Positions 48,503-56,058 of a stretch of DNA of 56,058 bases are shown piece after piece. Location of the stretch: NCBI GenBank assembly GCA_046498495.1, contig JAWOAQ010000252.1, positions 1 to 56,058 of the forward strand. Direction: 5' to 3'. The notes below the pieces were generated by a model, which was given only the letters and a program-made list of their open reading frames with translations, made no database searches and was not told where the DNA came from. Both the position numbers and the translations under genes were made by a program. Position 1 is the stretch's first letter; every line of letters begins with the position of its first letter. The stretch is from Salinibacter sp. Its GTDB lineage: Bacteria; Bacteroidota; Rhodothermia; Rhodothermales; Salinibacteraceae.

Positions 48503-51220
48503 ATGGCAGAACCAACCTCTCCTTCCTCCACGAACTCCGCCCCCTCGGTCACGGCTCGTTCTTCGGGGTCGAACGGCACCGTCGAGATGGCGCCGGCCGC
48601 CGACGCGCCCGATCAGCAGTTTGAGATCAGCCAAAGCGATCTGATTGACGACGATCGGACCAACGCGGACATCTTCGAGACGGCCATCTCGCAGGAAGTT
48701 TACGAACAAAATTACCAGTACGGGACCGACACCCACGTGCCTGATACGTGGTACCGGAATGCCCGCTACCTTGCCTCGGTTGAGGACGACGCCTCGCACT
48801 GGACCAAAGAGTTCTACAAAATCCTCAGCGGACGCGGCCTCGGCACCGGCCCGTTTCCGTTTACTCCCGGGGGGCGCATTTTTGCGAATGCGGGCACCTC
48901 GCTGGGCAAGGCCACCCTCATCAACTGCTTCGTGTCCGGGTTTCAGGGCCACGACCAGGATTCGATGGACGAGATCCAGGCCGAACTGACACGACAGGCC
49001 AAAATCCTGGCCAGCGAGGGCGGCTACGGCTTCTGCTGTCACGTGATGCGCCCCCGTGGGTCCCGCATCGGCGGCGTCGGCTCCATGACGCCCGGCGCGG
49101 TCCAAATGCTCGATGTGTGGAACGAGCAGGCCGCCACCATCGTCGCCGGCTCGGGTCTGCAATCCGACCGCGACGACGTGAAGGACAAAATCCGGAAGGG
49201 CGCCCAAATGGTGACAATGGGGGTCTGGCACCCGGACATTATCGAGTTTATTGAGGCGAAGCAGGAGCCGGGTCGCCTGCACAAATTCAACATGTCGGTG
49301 CTCGTCTCGGATGCGTTCATGGAGGCGGTGAAGAACGATGAGACATGGGCCCTGCGCTTTCCAGACTTTGAGGGCGAACCGGAGTTTTACCAGGAGCACT
49401 GGAACGGCAACCTCAAAGAATACGAGGCGAAGGGCGGCACGGTGAAGACGTGGCGTGACCCGGCGACGGGCAAGAAGGCGGTCTACGACGCTCGGGAAAT
49501 CTGGGACCTGGTCACCCGCTCGACCTACGATCGGAATGAGCCGGGGGTCATCTTCGTCGACACCATCAATCGGGAGAACAACCTCGCGTATACCGAGCAC
49601 ATCAATGCCACAAACCCATGCGGCGAGCAGGTTCTCCCGGTTGGGGGCGTCTGTCTGTTGGGCAATCTCAACCTGACGCAGTTTGTGGACGCGGGTGCCG
49701 GCGCAATTGACTACGATCTCCTTGATCAGGTCATTCCGACAGCGGTTCGCTTCCTGGACAACGTGAACGACCTGTCATACGTCCCGCTAGAGGAGCAGCG
49801 GGAGAACCTCCAGCAGAAGCGGCGGATTGGCCTCGGCCACTACGGCGACGGCTCGGCCCTCATGATGCTCAAGAAGCGATACGGTGCCGACGAGGGCGTG
49901 CAGGTGATGCGCGAGTTCCAGGAGCACCTCGCCAACCAGGCCTACCAGGCGAGCGCGCGCCTGGCGGAGGAAAAGGGGGCGTTCCCGCTCTTCGACAAAG
50001 ACGAGTATCTGAAGAACCCCTTCATCCAGCGCCTCTCGGAGGAGACCCGGGAGATGATTGGCGATCTGGGCCTCCGCAATTCGCATCTGCTCTCCATCCA
50101 GCCGACGGGCAACACCTCGACGCTCGCAAACGCCCCGTCGAGCGGCATCGAGCCGGTGTTCATGCACAGCTACATTCGGACCTCGGAGCAGCCGGCCCTT
50201 CCTGACGAGCTCAATGCTCCGTCAATGTCGCCGGACGCGTACTCGGCCGGTCAAGAGATTGACGCCGACGGGACGGCCTGGGCGGCGGAAGAGCAGGGCG
50301 ACGAGGTCGTGCTTCGCTGTGCCGAGGACGGATACACCCAGTGGCAGATCCACCCGACCCGCGGCATCTGTAAGGACGAGAAGGTGAAGGACTACGCCGT
50401 CCGCCGCATGGAAGAGCAGGGCGAGTGGGACCCAGACGCCAGCTGGGCCGTCACGACGCGCGACCTGGACGTGCACGACCACCTGCGTCAGATGGAGGCG
50501 CTCGCCCCGTTCGTCGACTCGTCGATGTCCAAGACGGTCAACATCCCGCAGGACTACCCCTTCGAGGACTTCAAGGACCTGTACCTGGAGGCGTGGGAGA
50601 CGGGGACCATCAAGGGAGTGACCACCTACCGCGCCGGCACCATGAGCGCCGTCCTCTCCGGCGATGAGGAGGACGAGGCCGATCGCCAGACGGTACCCCG
50701 GACCGATGCCCCCGACCGTCCCGAGACCCTGCCGTGCGCTGTGCACCACGTGCGGTACCGGGGCGACCACTGGACCGTTCTCGTGGGCTTCCTCGACGAC
50801 AATCCCTATGAGGTCTTCGCCTTTAAGACCGAAGGCGATGCGCCACTCTTCGGCGACGATGCGAACCAGATCCGAAAGGGACAGATTAAGAAGCAGGCCA
50901 GTCGGCACTACTCGCTTCTCTCCCCAGAGGGCGAGGTGGTGATCGCCGACATCACCAGCCACATGCCGTCCGACGAAGTGCGCGTCGAGACGCGGCTGGT
51001 GTCGACGGCGCTGCGCCACGGGTCGAAGATCGATTTCCTGGTCGAGCAACTGGAGAAGGCGGAAGGCTCTATTGCCAGCTTCGGCCGCTCAATGGCAAAG
51101 GCCCTGCGAGCCCACGCAGACAGCCACGAGGTGACATGCGACAAGTGTGGGTCCGCCAATGTGCGCCACGTAGAGGGCTGCATGCAGTGCGCAGACTGTG
51201 GCCACTCTCGCTGCAGCTAA
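48503..51220 (+). CDS. nrdJ: Adenosylcobalamin-dependent (class II) ribonucleotide reductase
   Basis: PGGRIFANAG..LINCF, ATNPCGEQ..VCLLGNLNL, RRIGLG, SIQPTG..S, SSGIEP, SKTVN, KGVTTYR, plus C-terminal TSCPD-like domain and CDKC...EGCMQCADCGHSRCS tail typical of NrdJ. No ATP cone and no adjacent nrdB. ATG at 48503. Confidence 0.9.
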   Translation: MAEPTSPSSTNSAPSVTARSSGSNGTVEMAPAADAPDQQFEISQSDLIDDDRTNADIFETAISQEVYEQNYQYGTDTHVPDTWYRNARYLASVEDDASHWTKEFYKILSGRGLGTGPFPFTPGGRIFANAGTSLGKATLINCFVSGFQGHDQDSMDEIQAELTRQAKILASEGGYGFCCHVMRPRGSRIGGVGSMTPGAVQMLDVWNEQAATIVAGSGLQSDRDDVKDKIRKGAQMVTMGVWHPDIIEFIEAKQEPGRLHKFNMSVLVSDAFMEAVKNDETWALRFPDFEGEPEFYQEHWNGNLKEYEAKGGTVKTWRDPATGKKAVYDAREIWDLVTRSTYDRNEPGVIFVDTINRENNLAYTEHINATNPCGEQVLPVGGVCLLGNLNLTQFVDAGAGAIDYDLLDQVIPTAVRFLDNVNDLSYVPLEEQRENLQQKRRIGLGHYGDGSALMMLKKRYGADEGVQVMREFQEHLANQAYQASARLAEEKGAFPLFDKDEYLKNPFIQRLSEETREMIGDLGLRNSHLLSIQPTGNTSTLANAPSSGIEPVFMHSYIRTSEQPALPDELNAPSMSPDAYSAGQEIDADGTAWAAEEQGDEVVLRCAEDGYTQWQIHPTRGICKDEKVKDYAVRRMEEQGEWDPDASWAVTTRDLDVHDHLRQMEALAPFVDSSMSKTVNIPQDYPFEDFKDLYLEAWETGTIKGVTTYRAGTMSAVLSGDEEDEADRQTVPRTDAPDRPETLPCAVHHVRYRGDHWTVLVGFLDDNPYEVFAFKTEGDAPLFGDDANQIRKGQIKKQASRHYSLLSPEGEVVIADITSHMPSDEVRVETRLVSTALRHGSKIDFLVEQLEKAEGSIASFGRSMAKALRAHADSHEVTCDKCGSANVRHVEGCMQCADCGHSRCS

Positions 51221-51247
51221 GCGCCGGGGTGGACGGTGTAGACAGCG

Positions 51248-51279
51248 AAGGGCCGGACCCTCACGGGCCGGCCCTTTTG
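51248..51279 (+). terminator. Intrinsic terminator downstream of nrdJ
   Basis: AAGGGCCGG...CCGGCCCTT stem (51248-51256/51268-51276) ending in the TTTT run at 51275-51278. Confidence 0.8.
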
Positions 51280-51369
51280 TGTATTCCCGCGGGTGAATGG
51301 GACGAACACAACCCTCCCCTCGAGGCGCGCATGCAAGGGGTCCGGCGCGGAGGGGCGATGCGTGCGCGT

Positions 51370-51870
51370 TTAGTGGCGTACGCGGACCAGTGAGCCGGTG
51401 ATGGGCACTGGTGACATGAGGGAGGCGAGCGCCATCGATAGTGACGTGGGCGACCGGTGGGGGGGCGAGTCGCCAGTTGGCAAAGCCCCCGTACGCGTCG
51501 CGCAGCTACGAACCCCCTCGGCAGCTACAAACCCCTCGATAGACGGATGGCCGTCCTCGAGAGGAGATCCGGGGGGCATGGGCGTGACGATCAATCCCTC
51601 GACGGGCCCGGGGCGTCCGTCCACCATGCGGTCCATCGGGTGGTCAACATCCTCAGATATTGGCGTGTAGGTGCGACCGTTGTCCTGCGGGTGGGATGCG
51701 CGGTGGTCGAAGGTGTTGTCGATAATCTGAACCGGCACCTTCATGTCGTCGAATGCCACGCATTCCCGCTCCAAATCCTCATCCCAATGCATTCACGAAA
51801 GGCGTTGGGAGAACTGGTGCGTCTGTATCGTCGAGCCGAATTGGTTGGATCTGTCGCCGTCGTCGGTCAT
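51370..51870 (-). pseudogene. Possible interrupted hypothetical gene
   Basis: ATG 51870 opens 25 codons, then an in-frame TGA (51795-51793) is followed at once by ATG 51792 and 140 more codons. The first part is acidic and protein-like; the tail looks degenerate. Confidence 0.3.
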
Positions 51871-52026
51871 TGGTGTACTGCCTCTGTGGGCGTGACGTGG
51901 AAGGGCTGCAAGCATCCCTCGGAGGGTAGGAGGACACACGTCGTGGGAATCATCCAGGAAAACGGAACGGGTCGCGGTGGAGCAAGTCCCTCAAAATCGA
52001 TCCTCAGCGTCGATACGAACCGAAAT

Positions 52027-52112
52027 GCCGGGATGGCGGAAGTGGCAGACGCAACGGACTTAAAATCCGTTGGTGCTTATGCACCGTGTGGGTTCGAGTC
52101 CCACTCCCGGCA
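52027..52112 (+). tRNA. tRNA-Leu (anticodon UAA), CCA not encoded
   Basis: Acceptor GCCGGGA/TCCCGGC+A, anticodon arm ACGGA-CTTAAAA-TCCGT, long variable arm GGTGC-TTAT-GCACC, T arm GTGGG-TTCGAGT-CCCAC. Confidence 0.97.
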
Positions 52113-52752
52113 CCGCTTTTTACACCGAAAATCCTCCTCTAACGGCACTGAAGGCTGTTTCTGGTGGGCACTTGCTTTTTGATTTGGGATCGGAAAACTG
52201 CACTGAGATAAAGAGAAATGTGGGAAACGGGTCAGTCTGTGGGCAACCGCTGGGAAATCTTCTCCGTGCTACGCAGCACCAATGCACACAGAGGGCCGAG
52301 ACTGAGGCTGCGAGTCCGCTCCGATTCCGGGGACGGGTCCGATCCGCAGGATCCAGTTGCCTGAAGGGCAACAAAAAACGATGAAGGGCGCCCGTCAACT
52401 CCTTGATCCGGTCATGCCAGTGGGGCCAGGCCGCCCGGCCCGTTCGGTATGCGTTCTATTTGTACTGAAGGAACCGGTTCTCCTTATTGAGGCGCTCCAA
52501 ACTGTACCGGCGGCTCTCCAATTTCTGACCCGATCCCTTCCGCTTTCTCCTTGGGCCTATGGAAGAGCGCCCTCCCGTCGGTGCGGTTCTGCGAGGAGAG
52601 TACGACACGACGGACCGGTGCTCGGGTGGTCATACTTGCTGAGACCTGGCACCTAGATCGCCTGACGGTGAAGTTCGTCCCGTTCCGCGACTGGGAAGGC
52701 GGAAACGTCGCCTCCATCCGTGATGAGGACGCACCTCACGATGGGCTCGGTC

Positions 52753-53493
52753 CTAGGCGAGGGCGATCAGAAACCCGATGGACGAGCCGGCCAGCGAAAA
52801 AACGAGGAGCAGGCCGATGTGGAGGAGCGAAAAGTCGTCTCGGTTCTCCTCCGCATCGAGCGGCAGGTCGTCCGCAGACACCGGCGCCGGGGGAGGAGCC
52901 TCCGCGGTGGCCACCACGAGACAGCCCACGGCTTCCGGATGGTCCTGGACCCACGCCCCCGATGGTACGCCGCGCAGGATCCAAAGGACCAGCAGGTCTC
53001 CGGCGGCGGCCACCAGCATCAAAAAGCCATAGAACGTGGTGAGCCAGTGGCCGCTCCACAGCCCGATTCCAAGCGGGAGCACGCCAAGCACGAATCCCGG
53101 AAGGGCGACAGCGAGCCGATAGGCTCGTGCCCGCGACGGAACGGTGCACCGCGCAAAGGGGGTAAGCGCTGTCCAGTGCATCCCAAAGCGAAGGTCCGCC
53201 CAGGAGGCTCTCCCCCAGAGATGACCAAGGCCATGGAGCCCCTCGTGGAGAAGGGTGCCGACTACAAACGCGGCCAGGAAGAGAAGGACCCCCCCCAGTT
53301 CGGCGGGAAATGGTTGACTGGGGACGCCCCAGAGTGAAAAATAGGGGCCCAGGGCGAGCAGCGCGATGGGGACGAGCAACACTACGCCGCGCAGTTGGGC
53401 CTGTGTGGGAGGAAGCACAGCGCGGGCAGGTCCGGCGGGCAGGGCGGCCCGTGACCCCGGGTGTGTGGCATTTTGGGAGGTGCAGCCCGGCAT
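52753..53493 (-). CDS. DUF3267-like membrane protein (putative zincin metallopeptidase)
   Basis: TM helices with LLHEGLHGL (HExxH), ALPGFVLG and AAAGDL motifs. Start is uncertain (ATG 53493 chosen). Confidence 0.75.
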   Translation of the reverse strand: MPGCTSQNATHPGSRAALPAGPARAVLPPTQAQLRGVVLLVPIALLALGPYFSLWGVPSQPFPAELGGVLLFLAAFVVGTLLHEGLHGLGHLWGRASWADLRFGMHWTALTPFARCTVPSRARAYRLAVALPGFVLGVLPLGIGLWSGHWLTTFYGFLMLVAAAGDLLVLWILRGVPSGAWVQDHPEAVGCLVVATAEAPPPAPVSADDLPLDAEENRDDFSLLHIGLLLVFSLAGSSIGFLIALA

Positions 53494-53766
53494 GGACGTA
53501 GTGTCATAAGTGAGTTCGCATGCAGAAAACGTGTAAGCCCTTCCCCCAAACTGCGTTCCTGAATCTGGACGTGACCGATAACTGGGTCCTGTATGACATT
53601 CAAAAACTGGAGGAGAGATACGACGAAACCAATTGAAACACGAGCGGACATTCCAGTTGGAGAAGCAGGCAGATATATTCATCTCTTCCGCGGCTCCAAG
53701 GGAATCATGGGACCTCTGCTTGGAAGTCCATGTACGACGCACATCGAATCTGGGCTTGACATACCA

Positions 53767-56058
53767 ATGGGGCACTTCATCTCCTCCCGCCTGTCGCGTC
53801 CGGCCGGAGGCCAATCGGGATGCGCCGGAGCGCGCATCAGTCTTCTCCTGGCCGTCTGCATTGTTTTCCTGGGACTTGGCGCGAGTCCGGGTTGGGCGCA
53901 ACTCGTCCCGACGGACGCGGATGTGGCGGGCGTGGCTGCCGGGGAGGTCCTTTGGGGCGATGTGGACGGCGATGGCGATCAGGACCTTCTCGTGGTCGGC
54001 AACGGCAGCGGCACCACAGAATCGGCCGACCCCACGGCCCGCCTCTACGAAAACCAGGGGGACGGCACCTTTACGGAGACGGAGACCGACTTGACGGGGG
54101 TATCGGCCGGGGCCGCTGCGTTTGCCGACTTCGACGACGATGGCGACCTGGACCTCATCATCACAGGGAATCAGGGCGGGTTTTCGGGGGACAATCTGCC
54201 GCAGAACTCGGCCACCCTCTACGAGAACGATGGAACGGGGTCGTTTACTCCGGTGAATGCTGGGATTGAGGGGGTCACCGTTGGGTCTGTGGACTGGGGC
54301 GACGTGGATGGGGACGGGGATCTTGACCTTGTGGTGACGGGAAATGTCGGCGGCTTTGGCGAACTAAATCCGCTTTGCCCGCCCATTTGTAACGATCCGG
54401 AGCCCTCCATCCGGATTTATGAAAACGAGGGGGATGGCACATTTTCGCAGATGGATGCCGGAATTTCCGAGGGAGTGGCTCTCGGGGCCTCCTCGTTCGG
54501 CGATTACGATGGCGATGGCGACCTCGACCTCGTGGTTTCAGGCGGGCAGGGGAGCATTGAGGATCCCGTGCCCTTCTCTGCGTTGTATGTTAACGACGGG
54601 ACGGGCAGCTTTACGAGAGCAAATGCGGGGCTCACGGATCTGGCGGGCGGCGCTACAACCTGGGCAGACGTCGATGGCGATGGCGACCTCGACCTGCTCC
54701 TTGCGGGCCAAGATGCTCAGGAGGTTCCGCAGACGGAGTTGTACCTGACCGACGGGGAGAGCCTCTCACCGGAACCGAACGACCTCGTCGATGTGGCGGG
54801 GGGGCAAATCGCCGCCTCCGACGTGGACGAGGACGGGGACGTGGATCTCCTGGTCACGGGCCGGGACACCAGCGAAACTCCCCAGACCATCTTGTACCGC
54901 AATGATGGGACCGGCTCGTTTTCTACGGTCGAGGCCGATCTTGCGGCCGTTGAGGGGAGTGCGGCCGACTGGGGTCATTTGGGGCCGGAAGCCGACCCCG
55001 ATCTCGCAGTGGTAGGGCGGGATGCCGATTCTGTCGCTACCGCCGCGGTCTACGAAAATCAGACGGATGAGCCTACGTGCCCGGCATCGTGGACGTTGCG
55101 GGTCACCATCACGGACGCCGATGGCAGGTCCGGGGTCTTGACGTTGGGGCAGGGGCCCACCGCTACAGCGGGACTGGACCCTTCCTGCAACGAGGTGGAA
55201 CGGAGCCCTACGCCGCCAGCTGCGCCCTTCGATCTCCGCTTTGGCGACACGGACCTCCCCGGTGTCGACCTTGGGAAGGGGACGTTGCTGGACCTGCGTC
55301 CCGACGATGAAGCAACTGGCGAGCCGCTCGCCCTAGAGAACGCTCCGGCGGTGTGGAGGCTGGAGGTGGAATCAGAGGACGCCCCATGGACGGTCGCCTG
55401 GACGCCGGAGGTGTTTAGCGATTCGCTGGGGGGCACGCCGGCGTGGCTCGTCGATGCGGACACCGGAGGAGACGAACTGAAAGTGGATATGACGGCCACT
55501 GACACGGCCACCGTCTCGGGAGACGTCGGTCCCCTGGAAATTCGCCTTGACCCTCCTCTCACCCGAGAGATTCCGCTGGCGGACGGGTGGAACCTGTCGT
55601 CCATCCCCGTGGATGCCAGTGCCCCGTTCGGCGAACTCCTGCCGTCGTGTACGAGCGGCTTCTTCTATGCCCCCGATCAGGGTTACCAAGTCATCGAGAG
55701 TGACGCCGACGTGCCTCCGGGGCAGGGGGTCTTCGCGAACTGCACCGAAGGGACTGCCTCAGTTGAGGGGCGGACGCCGGATTCGACTCGAACGGACGTC
55801 CAAGACGGATGGAACCTCGTGGGGCCGTTCACGGCCCCAGTCGCGTCCGACGCGGTGGAAAGCAGTCCCCCCGGAATTGTGCAGACTCCCTTCTACGAGT
55901 TTGGGGCCGGCTATTCCACTGCAGATACCCTGCAGCCGGGGCAGGGATACTGGATAAAGGTTGCGCAGAATGGAACGCTCGACCTCTCTGGGGAGGCGGA
56001 CGCGTCCGTTCCGTGGGCCGCAGCGCCGGAACCCACAGCCGGAGCCGACCCCGGAGTG
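53767..56058 (+). CDS. Secreted FG-GAP/VCBS repeat beta-propeller protein (3'-truncated; absent from ORF track)
   Basis: Frame +1 from ATG 53767 is open to the window end. Signal peptide ends PGWA-Q. It has six DxDxDGDxDL repeats plus one degenerate blade, then beta-rich domains with two GWNL motifs. Confidence 0.88.
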   Translation, partial: MGHFISSRLSRPAGGQSGCAGARISLLLAVCIVFLGLGASPGWAQLVPTDADVAGVAAGEVLWGDVDGDGDQDLLVVGNGSGTTESADPTARLYENQGDGTFTETETDLTGVSAGAAAFADFDDDGDLDLIITGNQGGFSGDNLPQNSATLYENDGTGSFTPVNAGIEGVTVGSVDWGDVDGDGDLDLVVTGNVGGFGELNPLCPPICNDPEPSIRIYENEGDGTFSQMDAGISEGVALGASSFGDYDGDGDLDLVVSGGQGSIEDPVPFSALYVNDGTGSFTRANAGLTDLAGGATTWADVDGDGDLDLLLAGQDAQEVPQTELYLTDGESLSPEPNDLVDVAGGQIAASDVDEDGDVDLLVTGRDTSETPQTILYRNDGTGSFSTVEADLAAVEGSAADWGHLGPEADPDLAVVGRDADSVATAAVYENQTDEPTCPASWTLRVTITDADGRSGVLTLGQGPTATAGLDPSCNEVERSPTPPAAPFDLRFGDTDLPGVDLGKGTLLDLRPDDEATGEPLALENAPAVWRLEVESEDAPWTVAWTPEVFSDSLGGTPAWLVDADTGGDELKVDMTATDTATVSGDVGPLEIRLDPPLTREIPLADGWNLSSIPVDASAPFGELLPSCTSGFFYAPDQGYQVIESDADVPPGQGVFANCTEGTASVEGRTPDSTRTDVQDGWNLVGPFTAPVASDAVESSPPGIVQTPFYEFGAGYSTADTLQPGQGYWIKVAQNGTLDLSGEADASVPWAAAPEPTAGADPGV

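Noticed and set aside
48503-51220. Intein or intron in nrdJ
   Set aside because: The RNR motifs are continuous, with no C...HN-C/S/T splice junctions or LAGLIDADG motifs. The acidic insertion is too short.
51793-51795. Selenocysteine codon at the in-frame TGA
   Set aside because: No redox-motif context, no recognisable SECIS hairpin just downstream, and no sel genes in the window.
1-56058. CRISPR array, IS elements, prophage genes, rRNA
   Set aside because: No regularly spaced repeats or transposase, integrase or phage motifs seen. Repeats are limited to two-copy duplications and protein-domain repeats.

Overview
High-GC chromosomal segment with strongly acidic proteins. Gene content and protein style point to a Salinibacter-like extreme halophile (Rhodothermota); this taxonomy is inferred, not proven. 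Most of it is core genome: a 5'-truncated nurA plus a stand-alone HAS-barrel gene, acyl-CoA dehydrogenase, ppdK, dps, topA, rsgA, a hybrid histidine kinase, cystathionine beta-synthase, lptG-like, sucC, lptD-like, ROK kinase, ftsB, eno, several stress/redox genes (qor, osmC, mscS, tlpA, ytxJ, usp), M3 peptidase, MATE, a Dph6-like ATPase, clpC, iscA, a lamin-tail surface protein, M20 amidohydrolase, vWA protein, Ca/Na antiporter, cdd, class II ribonucleotide reductase nrdJ and tRNA-Leu(UAA). After the tRNA comes an accessory-looking stretch with a DUF3267-like gene and a 3'-truncated FG-GAP repeat protein that the ORF track misses. The best finding is a compact class-II-type cobalamin riboswitch with a leader terminator in front of the B12-DEPENDENT nrdJ, the reverse of the usual logic and a candidate activating switch. 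I found no CRISPR array, rRNA, integrase or transposase. All calls come from motif recognition by eye; no database search was run.
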